Source: Shigella phage Sf20. Taken from it: DNA of 64,000 bases. Below are positions 1 to 8,998 of the stretch, piece after piece. Below the pieces are notes generated by a model. The model was not told the DNA's origin. It did no database searches and saw only the letters and a list, made by a program, of their open reading frames with translations. The translations under genes and the position numbers were made by a program. The first letter of the stretch is position 1, and each line of letters starts with the position of its first letter. The stretch lies in the sequence record MF327006. One strand, written 5' to 3'.

Positions 1-1
1 A

Positions 2-142
2 CCAATGAATGAAATGAGCGTTCATGTTGATATTGGGTCGGATAGATTTGGTAGATATACAGATCTGGTGTATGCCGACCTTGTTATGACATTCCAGCGT
101 GACGCTAGCAGTAATTTTTGGTTTTGGTACGCTGTTCCCTGA
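2..142 (+). CDS. 3' end of an ORF entering from upstream of the window (partial, identity unresolved)
   Basis: Open frame from window edge to TGA at 140-142; no recognisable motif. Confidence 0.25.
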   Translation, partial: PMNEMSVHVDIGSDRFGRYTDLVYADLVMTFQRDASSNFWFWYAVP

Positions 143-174
143 ATTAACCCAAAATTCTCCATAAGGAGGAATGC

Positions 175-327
175 ATGAGTAAGAAAGAAAACAGCTATGT
201 TATGACTCGTAAGGAATACAACGAATTGATGTTAGCATTAGCTTATGCCATTATTCGTTCTGATCATGCAATTAATCTGGTAAACAAAGTTAACCGTAGC
301 GTTGATAATGTTTCTAGGAAGAAGTAA
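175..327 (+). CDS. small hypothetical protein (50 aa)
   Basis: ATG preceded by GGAGG Shine-Dalgarno; followed by hairpin terminator; not in ORF track (<60 aa). Confidence 0.4.
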   Translation: MSKKENSYVMTRKEYNELMLALAYAIIRSDHAINLVNKVNRSVDNVSRKK

Positions 328-336
328 GTTTATTTT

Positions 337-358
337 GGAATCCTTCGGATTCCTTTTT
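337..358 (+). terminator. rho-independent terminator hairpin
   Basis: GGAATCC-TTCG-GGATTCC stem-loop followed by T-run. Confidence 0.5.
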
Positions 359-365
359 CTTTTTG

Positions 366-373
366 TATAAATA
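366..373 (+). promoter_or_regulatory. T4-type late promoter (TATAAATA) for gene 24
   Basis: Exact TATAAATA ~40 nt upstream of the gp24 start; T4 late promoter consensus. Confidence 0.6.
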
Positions 374-410
374 TGATATATCCATTAAGGCAAATACAGG
401 ATTCATAAAC

Positions 411-1652
411 ATGACTCATATTTTTACTGAACTGTTGCGGGAATCTACTTCCTCAGTAGCTAACCAGACAGCGCGACCGCAACTATTATCATTAACTCGC
501 GCGGTAAACAACCTGATTTTCTCTGACCTGGTAGCAATCCAGCCAACGGATCAACCAGTATCTGCATTGTACGGACTACGTTATCTTAATCGTGATGGTC
601 AGATGACTTTCCGAACTGCTGCGACCTACGGTGGCGCGGCTGGTGATCGCACAGAGATTGAAGAGTTTTCAAAAGAAAAATCTTATGACGAAGGCGCACT
701 GTTCAAATCAGGCGATGTTGTATACGAAGTTGTGACCGCTGGTACAGTCGGTGAAGATGCCGAAACTCCAGAATCTGCAATCTTTAAAGGCGTAATGACA
801 AACAAAATTCGTTTCTATAGCGATTGTGCATCGGTAGAATACTTTGAAGATAAAAACACCGAAATTTCGTCTACCTCTATGCAGTTTGACAAGTGGCAAG
901 TTAATGTAGGTTCTCGTAAACTGAAAACCTCGTTCACGACCGAATTGATGCAGGATCTTGAGGCAAGCCAAATCAACTCTGAAAACTCTGTAATTGATCT
1001 TCTGGCTACTGTTGCTTCCGAAGAGATCAACAAAGATATTATTCAGAAGTTGATCACTGTATCATCTCGCTATAAAATTAAAGGGATCACTCCTGATGGC
1101 GTACTTTCTCTCGTTAGCGTTCAGGATGCACCAACACAAGCGCGTGAACTTTACCGCTATGCTTGCGAAATGAGCAATCAAATGTTGCGGACTTCCTCCT
1201 TTGCTGGTACATACGTTTTGGCGTCTTCTCGCGTGGTTGGCCTCCTGCAATCTTCCGGTTGGATGGAAGAAACCGACAATGCTCTAAGCGAAGGTCGTCT
1301 ACGTTGCGGTCTGGAAGTGTACGCAGACACGACAACACCTTTCGATTATATGCTCGTTGGTTGTAAGCACATGATCGGTGATATGGAGAGTGTAGGTTCT
1401 CTGTTCTACTCCCCATATACAGAAGCCGACGGCGCTGGCGCGTATAAGAGCGTAATTGACCCTAATAGCTTCCAGCATCATGTAGCTATTATGAATCGTT
1501 ATTCACTCTCTGTCAACCCATACACATCAAAAGTTGATCAGGAAGAACACCAGGTCATCAAGGGTGACGATTGGGGTAAAATGGCTGGACGTTCAGAAAT
1601 GTCCTACATTTTAGGAATCGAACTGCCACCGCTTGAGATTGACAACGCTTAA
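411..1652 (+). CDS. 24: head vertex protein gp24
   Basis: Strong similarity to T4 gp24 along its length (ELLRESTS..., RYACEMS..., C-terminal MAGRSEMSYILGIELP); ORF-track start at 363 lies inside the late promoter, so the ATG at 411 (MTHIF) is preferred. Confidence 0.9.
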   Translation: MTHIFTELLRESTSSVANQTARPQLLSLTRAVNNLIFSDLVAIQPTDQPVSALYGLRYLNRDGQMTFRTAATYGGAAGDRTEIEEFSKEKSYDEGALFKSGDVVYEVVTAGTVGEDAETPESAIFKGVMTNKIRFYSDCASVEYFEDKNTEISSTSMQFDKWQVNVGSRKLKTSFTTELMQDLEASQINSENSVIDLLATVASEEINKDIIQKLITVSSRYKIKGITPDGVLSLVSVQDAPTQARELYRYACEMSNQMLRTSSFAGTYVLASSRVVGLLQSSGWMEETDNALSEGRLRCGLEVYADTTTPFDYMLVGCKHMIGDMESVGSLFYSPYTEADGAGAYKSVIDPNSFQHHVAIMNRYSLSVNPYTSKVDQEEHQVIKGDDWGKMAGRSEMSYILGIELPPLEIDNA

Positions 1653-2240
1653 CTAAATATCTAACCAAGACAAGTCAGATCCGCCCAAGATTTTTTCGAC
1701 GGCGGATCTATTTTCTTGATGATATAAGTTAAAACATGGTATCCCATGTCTACGGGCAACATAAACAGCAATTCGAGTTCCTCCCGAAACGATTCCATTA
1801 ACTTCTTTCGCCCAAAATATCACACAATCTACAGGGTCATCAAGTGTCTCACCTAAGACTTGAGCAACATTTCTGGAAAACAGATTTTGCATGTATAGCG
1901 GTATAGAACGAGGATTATCATAAACGTGTTCTAATTCATCCATCGCCAGATTCTTTTGTTCTAAGGTTTGCCATGCAATAACATCATGACCGTTATGCTT
2001 GTGGTCATAAAACTTCCAATTTGGAATGAAAATTTTTCTATAATCTGGATCGTAATACTTCATGAAAGCATTGTCCATACCGTAAGCCCCTCCAGAATGC
2101 GCTACAACGCGATTTTCTGACAATACCCTCCCAATGGTACTAGCCATTATCAAAATGTCGCTAGGCGCTTTTCTAGAGCCGATTAAAGCACATCTACGAA
2201 GTGGTTTTACTCCAAATAGATCTTGTAACTGGTCAAACAT
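1653..2240 (-). CDS. Rossmann-fold DprA/SLOG-like protein (hypothetical)
   Basis: GSRKAPSDIL...HSGGAYGMDNAF resembles DprA/SLOG nucleotide-binding cores; GGAGG RBS upstream. Confidence 0.4.
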   Translation of the reverse strand: MFDQLQDLFGVKPLRRCALIGSRKAPSDILIMASTIGRVLSENRVVAHSGGAYGMDNAFMKYYDPDYRKIFIPNWKFYDHKHNGHDVIAWQTLEQKNLAMDELEHVYDNPRSIPLYMQNLFSRNVAQVLGETLDDPVDCVIFWAKEVNGIVSGGTRIAVYVARRHGIPCFNLYHQENRSAVEKILGGSDLSWLDI

Positions 2241-2392
2241 AATATTTCCTCCATAGAAAGCAATATCATACTACAAGTTAATAACAAATACAAGTATCCG
2301 CGTAGCGGAAGCGAGCACAGCGAGCAATAAAACACTTCCAGTAATTGACTAATAAATGTTCGAAACAAATTTTTATTATTCTATAAGATAAG

Positions 2393-2418
2393 TCTTCGTT
2401 TTGATCATAATTTAATCA
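2393..2418. repeat. 26-nt direct repeat copy 1 (TCTTCGTTTTGATCATAATTTAATCA)
   Basis: Identical 26-mer recurs at 2542-2567 in a ~410-bp non-coding region. Confidence 0.7.
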
Positions 2419-2541
2419 TACATGTAAAAACTACACAAAAGGATATCGCTTCGCGAACTCCTACGGAGTATAACATTTGTGTTACAATATGTAGTGATTA
2501 ATAATTAACCAAAGATACATTTTCTATGTTCTAAAGATCTT

Positions 2542-2567
2542 TCTTCGTTTTGATCATAATTTAATCA
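2542..2567. repeat. 26-nt direct repeat copy 2
   Basis: Identical to 2393-2418. Confidence 0.7.
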
Positions 2568-2620
2568 AACAGTATTAATATTGTGCACATGTAAACTAAA
2601 ATTATGTTAATAACAGATAC

Positions 2621-2645
2621 AAAAAAGCCGCCCCGAAGGACGGCT
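2621..2645 (-). terminator. rho-independent terminator hairpin (AGCCG...CGGCT) flanked by A/T runs
   Basis: Stem-loop with A-run on + strand (T-run on - strand), directly downstream of the - strand ORF ending at 2654. Confidence 0.5.
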
Positions 2646-2653
2646 AATGTTAA

Positions 2654-3091
2654 TTATTTGTTGATAACGATCTGATTTCGGCGAATGGTAACATTACTCT
2701 TAGAGATGATCAGATCATCCGGCACTACGTTAGTTTTGTATGGCTGGAAGCGAACAAGCATCTGATTGCGTTTAGACCCTTCCTTAATCTTGATTTCCAT
2801 CTGGATATTGTTGCCTACGTGAGCAACCGCAATTTCACCTTTATTCTCATAGACCCACTTGCTGGTAACGTCTCCTGCAAAAGCCTTAATAACTTGCAAT
2901 GCTTCGTCGTATGCGGTAGAGCTGTGAACTTTCAGAAGGCCAGCCGTAGCAAGACGGGAGCAGGTGATCGCCGGAGATTGCCAAACATCAACATTAATTT
3001 GCTCAATCAGAGTAACACCGCCCGGATCAACTGCTTTGAATGCTTCGAACATTGCCTTTTTCATTGCTACGTGGTTTTTACGGAATTTCAT
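2654..3091 (-). CDS. hypothetical protein (145 aa)
   Basis: ORF with AGAGGTGA RBS upstream, terminator downstream. Confidence 0.5.
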   Translation of the reverse strand: MKFRKNHVAMKKAMFEAFKAVDPGGVTLIEQINVDVWQSPAITCSRLATAGLLKVHSSTAYDEALQVIKAFAGDVTSKWVYENKGEIAVAHVGNNIQMEIKIKEGSKRNQMLVRFQPYKTNVVPDDLIISKSNVTIRRNQIVINK

Positions 3092-3137
3092 AATTAGTCA
3101 CCTCTATTGATTAGTTATTCAGAATATTAATTACAAA

Positions 3138-3413
3138 TCAGGACATTGCCCGTTTGAATGCGTCCATTATAACAGTGTTATTTGGCTTGTCAACACGTTT
3201 TTGAACTTTATTTTTAAATTTTTTGTTGATGTGGTGTTTACGATAAACAACCTTTTCACGGTTGGCGTAAGCCTCGCGTGCGTCTTTTACCATCAACCAT
3301 GCCTTAGCCGCATCTTGTCCGCTGATCCCGCCAATCTTCTTAGCAATATCAACAAAATTAAGACCGTGGTCTTCGCGTAGCATGTAAACCATTAACGCTG
3401 TTTTCTTGTCCAT
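3138..3413 (-). CDS. hypothetical protein with possible helix-turn-helix (91 aa from internal Met)
   Basis: Start MDKKTAL overlaps the upstream stop by 1 nt (TGATG coupling); NFVDIAKKIGGISGQDAAKAW resembles an HTH. Confidence 0.4.
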   Translation of the reverse strand: MDKKTALMVYMLREDHGLNFVDIAKKIGGISGQDAAKAWLMVKDAREAYANREKVVYRKHHINKKFKNKVQKRVDKPNNTVIMDAFKRAMS

Positions 3414-3610
3414 CACTTCGCCCCATTGACGATTAACAGGATAGTGATCAGTACCGGAAACTGGATCATGACAGTGCCAAAAAACCGGATAAACGCATTT
3501 TCTGATTTCCATACATGACATGCGACTAGCTGATAGACCATTGTTGCAACCAAAGCCAGAAAATACATCTCGATTGGTGTTTCTTTGATCAATCGTACAA
3601 TCTCATTCAT
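3413..3610 (-). CDS. small membrane protein (65 aa)
   Basis: Hydrophobic segments; GAGGTGA RBS. Confidence 0.5.
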   Translation of the reverse strand: MNEIVRLIKETPIEMYFLALVATMVYQLVACHVWKSENAFIRFFGTVMIQFPVLITILLIVNGAK

Positions 3611-3737
3611 ACTTCACCTCATACATTCATAAACACAACAACGAATAATACAGTAACAGTTATCAACGCCATTTTCAACCCCATATTCATAATATTTTCT
3701 TCGCCTCACTATGGACAGTAGCATGTCGATGCGTGCC

Positions 3738-3765
3738 ATTATAGGCATCTAAATCGCTCTGTCAA
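3738..3765 (-). promoter_or_regulatory. sigma70-type early promoter (TTGACA-16 nt-TATAAT on - strand)
   Basis: Perfect consensus hexamers read on the - strand, upstream of the 3413..3610 operon. Confidence 0.5.
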
Positions 3766-3769
3766 GCAC

Positions 3770-3801
3770 TAAAAACAAAAAAGCCACCCCGAAGGATGGC
3801 T
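3770..3801 (-). terminator. rho-independent terminator after hoc
   Basis: AGCCACCCCGAAGGATGGCT hairpin with flanking A/T run, just downstream of the hoc stop. Confidence 0.5.
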
Positions 3802-3812
3802 GATAGATTTAA

Positions 3813-5039
3813 TTAAGCAGGATGCGTTTCACGAATGCATAGAACTCGCTCTAACGTATCTCGGTCCAGTTTATGTAAATCTTTGGAATGATACATGAAA
3901 CCATTGCGAGATTCCATGCAAGTGCAATCACTATATTTTTCTTCCGCTGCCGCGATTGTCTCCAGATCTTTGGCGTACTTGCTGGTAGAATAAACTTCTC
4001 GGTCACGCCACTCTAACCCAGCCTCATTGAATTTAACAATCTCGTCAAATACCCACCATCCAATGTAGATAAATGAAGTTTTGCGCCACGGGATCGGGTG
4101 TACGTAACGAAACATTTTATGAAGAGATTCAACAACTTCCATTGAACATTTTCTGCTTGTACTTGATGCAACTTCTACTGTTTCCTCTTCGATCTGTTGA
4201 TATAGTTTAGCAACACACCAGAATTTGGCTGTGTCATCGTAAGTAGCACTCTCTTTGAACAGATGACCGTCTGGCATGATAGAAAATCCTTCCTGTGCTT
4301 CGCCGACCTCACTACCGATCAGAGTCGGTGAGAGTTGCCCCTCGCGCTGCAAATACCAGTTATATTTGATCGTCAAATTAGGCATACCGCTAGAATCGCC
4401 TACAATGTCCTCTGACACAACATAATTAAGTAAAATCTCATTACCTAGTGCCACGGTCTTTGATTCCGCCACATCCTGATCTACGTTCATTGTTGCCAGC
4501 ATGATTTTAGTCGATGCGCTATCGGCTGAATCTTCCGACTCACCCCACACTTTTACAGTATACACGCCGTTTTTATCTGCTGTAAATTCTTTGATTGTAA
4601 TATTCTGTTTTGTGTCTATAACTTCTTCGCCCTTACTCCAACTATAATGTAGTTCATAGTTGTCTGCTGGAGTCTTCCCACCCGAAAATTTTACTGTTGC
4701 ATGTAATTCTACGTCTTTTTGTGATGATACGTAGAAATGCGGCGGTTCGGTGATATTTACGATTAATTCAGCTTCTTCCATGAGGAAAACGTCAGATTCT
4801 ACTGATGTCGTCGTATCGGTATCTTGTACCGTTACTTTATAGCTACCCGCATTTTCACTTGTTGCGTCTGCTACAGTTAGCGTAGCTGTGCTATTTTCAT
4901 GCGGTTGGTCGTCTTTTGTCCATGTATATGTCAAATTGCTGGGTAATGGTTCGTCACCCGTTACAGTCGCCGTTAAGGTGAAACCATCGCCAGCAAGAAA
5001 ACATCTTTTGTCAGATTTAATTGATACTGTGAAAGCCAT
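3813..5039 (-). CDS. hoc: Hoc-like head outer capsid decoration protein (Ig-like repeats plus capsid-binding C-terminus)
   Basis: C-terminal YVHPIPWRKTSFIYIGWWVFDEIVKF...ESRNGF matches the T4 Hoc capsid-binding region; N-terminal repeated Ig-like modules (TYTW, YSWSKGE). Confidence 0.8.
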   Translation of the reverse strand: MAFTVSIKSDKRCFLAGDGFTLTATVTGDEPLPSNLTYTWTKDDQPHENSTATLTVADATSENAGSYKVTVQDTDTTTSVESDVFLMEEAELIVNITEPPHFYVSSQKDVELHATVKFSGGKTPADNYELHYSWSKGEEVIDTKQNITIKEFTADKNGVYTVKVWGESEDSADSASTKIMLATMNVDQDVAESKTVALGNEILLNYVVSEDIVGDSSGMPNLTIKYNWYLQREGQLSPTLIGSEVGEAQEGFSIMPDGHLFKESATYDDTAKFWCVAKLYQQIEEETVEVASSTSRKCSMEVVESLHKMFRYVHPIPWRKTSFIYIGWWVFDEIVKFNEAGLEWRDREVYSTSKYAKDLETIAAAEEKYSDCTCMESRNGFMYHSKDLHKLDRDTLERVLCIRETHPA

Positions 5040-5208
5040 ATAAAGCCACTCCCATAGAAAATCCGAATTTAATTAATTGAAATAGTTGATTGCCATCAAC
5101 CAGATAACCATTGCGAGATTCCAATACATGAGTATTAGAATAGTGATGCAACGAGGCCGAAATAGTATCGATCTCGTCTGGGTATTTGTTCTGTTTGATG
5201 TAATACAT
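5017..5208 (-). CDS. small ORF with Hoc C-terminus-like ESRNGY motif (possible remnant)
   Basis: YYIKQNKYPDE...ESRNGYL echoes the Hoc/neighbour C-termini; no clear RBS. Confidence 0.25.
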   Translation of the reverse strand: MYYIKQNKYPDEIDTISASLHHYSNTHVLESRNGYLVDGNQLFQLIKFGFSMGVALYGFHSIN

Positions 5209-5304
5209 TGATTTTGTTAGACATGTAGTATCCTCTTTTTAATTGCATAACGGAACTACAATTAAAATTATAACAAATATTTCACAACTTTTATCACCCA
5301 AAAA

Positions 5305-6030
5305 TTACTTGAGTGTGTGGAATTGGCTATGTTTAGTCTCTCGCACCTTGACAGACCCATCGCGTTTGATATAATAGATCAGTGACTTGAGGGTGTCGTG
5401 TACATACGCGTGCGGGAAACGCTCTGGATACTTCTTCCAATCTGGAGTATTAACGATCCAGTCGAAAATCCACCACGGGCAGGAGTAGTAACCACGACCG
5501 CCACCGATCAAGCAAATGGTCGGACGGAAGCCAGTAAGATCGCAAAATGAATCAGTGTCATGTGCTGGGGAACGATGCTCTGCTTCGTTAGAGAAAATGT
5601 TGGCTACCGGAGATTCCACTTTAACTTCCGGTGCTTCTTCAACATCTGACTTAACTTCTTCGACCACTGGTTCAACTGCTGGAGATTCTTCTTTTGTTTC
5701 TTCAATGGCGATCTCAGGTTCTTTCATTGCTTCAACCAGAGACGGATCAACTTCGTCGAATACCACTTTATCATCTGCGGTGTCTGCTGCCAGAATAAGA
5801 TCGTTAATACTGGTTCCTTCTGCCGGAGTTTCTTCTTCCATTTCGGAAGCCAGTTTAGTTAATTCGGTTTCTACGAACTCGATCATGTTCTCTAGTGATA
5901 AAGTCTTTTTGACCTTAATATCAAATTGTTTTGCGTAGTCAGCTAATTCTGTTTTAGCTGTTTTCTGTGCTTCTTTGTCGTCGGACGCCGCAATAGCGCG
6001 GAGTTCTTCGAAATATTCTTTATCAAACAT
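5305..6030 (-). CDS. acidic head-associated protein with Hoc-like C-terminal module (Inh-like by position)
   Basis: Acidic low-complexity middle; C-terminal GYYSCPWWIFDWIVNTPDW resembles Hoc IGWWVFDEIVKF; sits between hoc and uvsW as inh does in T4. Confidence 0.45.
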   Translation of the reverse strand: MFDKEYFEELRAIAASDDKEAQKTAKTELADYAKQFDIKVKKTLSLENMIEFVETELTKLASEMEEETPAEGTSINDLILAADTADDKVVFDEVDPSLVEAMKEPEIAIEETKEESPAVEPVVEEVKSDVEEAPEVKVESPVANIFSNEAEHRSPAHDTDSFCDLTGFRPTICLIGGGRGYYSCPWWIFDWIVNTPDWKKYPERFPHAYVHDTLKSLIYYIKRDGSVKVRETKHSQFHTLK

Positions 6031-6056
6031 GTTATTCTCCTGATTGGGGGTGTTTG

Positions 6057-6064
6057 TATAAATA
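6057..6064 (+). promoter_or_regulatory. T4-type late promoter (TATAAATA) for uvsW
   Basis: Exact TATAAATA ~37 nt upstream of the uvsW ATG. Confidence 0.55.
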
Positions 6065-6100
6065 TTTGTATACTGTATTTATTGAGTGAGGCTATTCGCT

Positions 6101-7603
6101 ATGCAAGATATTAAAATTCACTTTCTGAACTACTCCCATGTTCAAATTGAATGTAGCGATTCAATTTTATTAGAAATGCGAGATTATTTTAGTTTTGAAG
6201 TCGAGGGAGCGCGGTTTCAAAAAAGATTTAAGTATGGTGGATGGGATGGGCGTATTCGTCTTTTAGATTACAACGGAAAGCTGCCAATCGGCCTAACTAA
6301 AACCGTGGGAATCTTCGCTAAAAATATGGGCTATAGCGTATGGGTAGATCCTCGCTTATTCGAAAAAGAACAAGTTACAGAAGAAGAAATTACAAAATGG
6401 TGTAATGACTTAGAATTATATTCCGGTGCTAACAGGATCACCCCGCATTGGTATCAATCAAAGGCTGTCTTTGAAGGTATCCATCATAAACGCCGTATGT
6501 TAGTTTTGCCTACGTCCGCTGGTAAATCTGCGATTGCTTGTATGTTGTCTCGCTGGTACTTAGAGAACTACGAAGGGAAAGTGCTGATCATCGTTCCTAC
6601 CACGTCGCTAGTGCTGCAAATGCGTGATGATTTTGTTGATTATCGCCAGTTTCCGTATGAAGCAATTCATACTATCATGAGCGGTACTAGTAAACACGTA
6701 GGTGATCGCCTGATCGTTGTTAGTACGTGGCAATCAGCATGTAAACAGCCTCGTGAGTGGTTCCAACAATTTGGGATGGTAATTGTTGATGAATGTCACA
6801 AAGCCACTGCTAAAAACCTGCTAAACATCGTTACTGATATGGCTCATTGCCAATTTAAGATCGGCATGACTGGTTCCCCTCGTGACGGGAAAGCTAACAT
6901 GATGCAGTATGTCGGGCTTTTCGGTGATATTTCCAAGATCGTGAGTATTGACCGCCTGATGGAAGAAGGGCAGGTGACAAAACTGAAAATTAACTGTCTT
7001 TTCCTTCGTTATACCGATGAGGAATGTAGCGCGGTTAAGGGGCGAGAATATGCGGAAGAGATCAAGTATATTACGTCTAACCCACGACGAAATAAGTTTG
7101 CTTGTAATTTGGCGCTAAAACTCGCTAAGAAGGGCGAAAACGTATTCCTTATGTTCCGCAATACTAAGCACGGAAAACTTATGTATGACGCGTTACAGAA
7201 GGTACACGACAAGGTTTATTATATTGACGGTGGAGTTAAGACAGAAGAACGTGATGAATTTAAGAAAATGGCGGAGGGTGACACCGGGATCATTTGTGTT
7301 GCGTCTTATGGTGTATTCTCTACTGGTGTTTCAATTAAGAATTTGCATCATGTTATTTTCGGTCATCCAGTGAAGGAATCAACTATCGTTCGTCAGAGTA
7401 TCGGTCGTGCATTGCGTAAACATGGTTCGAAAGACATTGCAACGGTCTGGGATCTTATAGATCATCTGGCGGTGAAGACAAAGAGCAAGAATGCTAAGAA
7501 ACAGTTTAGCCACCTTAATTATGCTCTTAAACATGCGCTTGAAAGAATAAAAATTTATAACACCGATCGATTCGAATATGTCACGAAAACAATCGAGATT
7601 TAA
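6101..7603 (+). CDS. uvsW: UvsW RNA-DNA/DNA-DNA helicase (SF2)
   Basis: Near-colinear with T4 UvsW (MQDIKIHF..., PTSAGKS Walker A, DECH box, GKANMMQYVG); ORF-track start at 6086 is a GTG, ATG at 6101 matches the T4 N-terminus. Confidence 0.9.
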   Translation: MQDIKIHFLNYSHVQIECSDSILLEMRDYFSFEVEGARFQKRFKYGGWDGRIRLLDYNGKLPIGLTKTVGIFAKNMGYSVWVDPRLFEKEQVTEEEITKWCNDLELYSGANRITPHWYQSKAVFEGIHHKRRMLVLPTSAGKSAIACMLSRWYLENYEGKVLIIVPTTSLVLQMRDDFVDYRQFPYEAIHTIMSGTSKHVGDRLIVVSTWQSACKQPREWFQQFGMVIVDECHKATAKNLLNIVTDMAHCQFKIGMTGSPRDGKANMMQYVGLFGDISKIVSIDRLMEEGQVTKLKINCLFLRYTDEECSAVKGREYAEEIKYITSNPRRNKFACNLALKLAKKGENVFLMFRNTKHGKLMYDALQKVHDKVYYIDGGVKTEERDEFKKMAEGDTGIICVASYGVFSTGVSIKNLHHVIFGHPVKESTIVRQSIGRALRKHGSKDIATVWDLIDHLAVKTKSKNAKKQFSHLNYALKHALERIKIYNTDRFEYVTKTIEI

Positions 7604-7646
7604 TAAATAGGGGCTTTAATGCCCCTTTATTCTACGGAGATTAAAA

Positions 7647-7883
7647 ATGATTAGCTTTAAACGTTTTTTGGTTGAGGCCGCTATTGACGGTTTCATGCGT
7701 AAGATTTATTCTTGTAATACTATCGAGGGATTAAATGAACTTGAGGCATATTATGAGAAGCGCAAGAAAGAAACAGAATTGAAACCTGCTGATGATATTT
7801 CGATCCGTGATGCCATCGCCGGACGCCGTAAGCAATTGGAAGCGGACAACGAGCCAGAAGATGAGCCGGAAGAGGATTTTTAA
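7647..7883 (+). CDS. uvsW.1: UvsW.1-like small protein
   Basis: 78-aa ORF immediately after uvsW, GGAGA RBS; acidic C-terminus. Confidence 0.6.
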   Translation: MISFKRFLVEAAIDGFMRKIYSCNTIEGLNELEAYYEKRKKETELKPADDISIRDAIAGRRKQLEADNEPEDEPEEDF

Positions 7884-7896
7884 GATATAAAAAAGC

Positions 7897-7915
7897 CCCA
7901 TCATTGATGGGGCAA
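7897..7915. terminator. bidirectional terminator hairpin (GCCCCATCA/TTGATGGGGC)
   Basis: Perfect 9-bp stem flanked by A-run and T/A-rich sequence between convergent genes. Confidence 0.5.
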
Positions 7916-7946
7916 AATAAACCAATTAAAATCGGTTATCAACAAA

Positions 7947-8123
7947 TTACATTAACAGCATTGTTTGCTCTACGAGTTGTTCTTGTTCTTCGCCGTTCGC
8001 ATCTTCACTAATCGAACGTTCTGTTACTAGCTGTAAGCAGTAGCCAGTGTGAACAACGCCGTTTTCTGTCTGGACGGATAACGCATCCTCGACAGGTTGT
8101 TTACAACAAATACAGATTTTCAT
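7947..8123 (-). CDS. small Cys-rich protein (58 aa), downstream of uvsY
   Basis: AGGAGG RBS; MKICICCKQP...YC cysteine cluster; not in ORF track (<60 aa). Confidence 0.4.
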   Translation of the reverse strand: MKICICCKQPVEDALSVQTENGVVHTGYCLQLVTERSISEDANGEEQEQLVEQTMLLM

Positions 8124-8144
8124 AAAAATTCCTCCTGCATGTAT

Positions 8145-8552
8145 TTAGCGTCCAGATTCCAGCATACGCAATTCTATAGCATTCTTGATCGCAAATCCAC
8201 GAGATTTAACGATATCAAGTGCGCGACCAGCAAAATCCATTACCATCTGGTAATATGCAATTTTCGTATCAAGCGGTAAGATCTCGTCGTCTGCTGCCAT
8301 GACAACTTTCAATTCTGATTTCTCATATTCAGCGCGACACCAGTCATCACTGCGGTTAGTGTAAAAATCAAGACGATTTTTCATAGCCTTTTTCTTTTTA
8401 GCCTCAAGTGCAATCGTCTCTCTTTTCGCCTCGCTGTAAATCCTTAACCACTTTGAGTATACTACCGGATTATTCAGCGCCTCCCATTGCAACTTAGTCG
8501 CATCGATCTTCATGTCAGCTTCTAATTGTTCTTTCAAATCGTTTAGGTCCAT
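8145..8552 (-). CDS. uvsY: UvsY recombination mediator
   Basis: Similarity to T4 UvsY (KLQWEALNN, LDFYTNRSD, KSRGFAIK). Confidence 0.85.
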   Translation of the reverse strand: MDLNDLKEQLEADMKIDATKLQWEALNNPVVYSKWLRIYSEAKRETIALEAKKKKAMKNRLDFYTNRSDDWCRAEYEKSELKVVMAADDEILPLDTKIAYYQMVMDFAGRALDIVKSRGFAIKNAIELRMLESGR

Positions 8553-8599
8553 AATATCCCCTTATTCACACTAAGACCTATATCATATCACACACAAAA

Positions 8600-8998
8600 T
8601 CACTTTGCAAGTCTTATGCGTAGTTGTTCAAGATCATCTGGGTTGTCTATTACTGAAAAGTAGATTGATACTATGATTGAGTTATCGTCGTACTGCGGAG
8701 TTACTTCTACTGTCAGGTTTCGGACCCGTGGTTCATAGTTTCGGATCGCCTCATTGATGTTTTTTGATAAGGTATCCACTGTCAGTGGGTTCATGTTCTC
8801 AAACAGTGATTTATTGAGATCGCATCCAAACAGTGGATCAAATGGACGAGATCCCTTGCGAGTAGTCACGATCAGTAGAATAGAATCCTTAACCGCTTTA
8901 ATCCCTATGTTCTTTTTAACGTCGTTATTCCACGATCTGGATATATTGAGATCCAAATCAGTATACATCTGATTAATAGTTGCCATGTTATACCTCAA
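8600..8998 (-). CDS. 25: baseplate wedge protein gp25
   Basis: TTRKGSRPFDPLFGCDL and FSVIDNPDDLEQ match T4 gp25; same length (132 aa). Confidence 0.9.
   Translation of the reverse strand: MRYNMATINQMYTDLDLNISRSWNNDVKKNIGIKAVKDSILLIVTTRKGSRPFDPLFGCDLNKSLFENMNPLTVDTLSKNINEAIRNYEPRVRNLTVEVTPQYDDNSIIVSIYFSVIDNPDDLEQLRIRLAK

Noticed and set aside
363-410. ORF-track start of gp24 at 363 (MYKYDISIK...)
   Set aside because: This ATG lies inside the TATAAATA late promoter; the T4 gp24 alignment begins at the Met at 411
5516-5938. + strand ORF (140 aa, Ser/Thr-rich) antisense to the acidic head protein gene
   Set aside because: Low-complexity translation of the antisense of an acidic low-complexity region; no RBS; overlaps a better-supported gene
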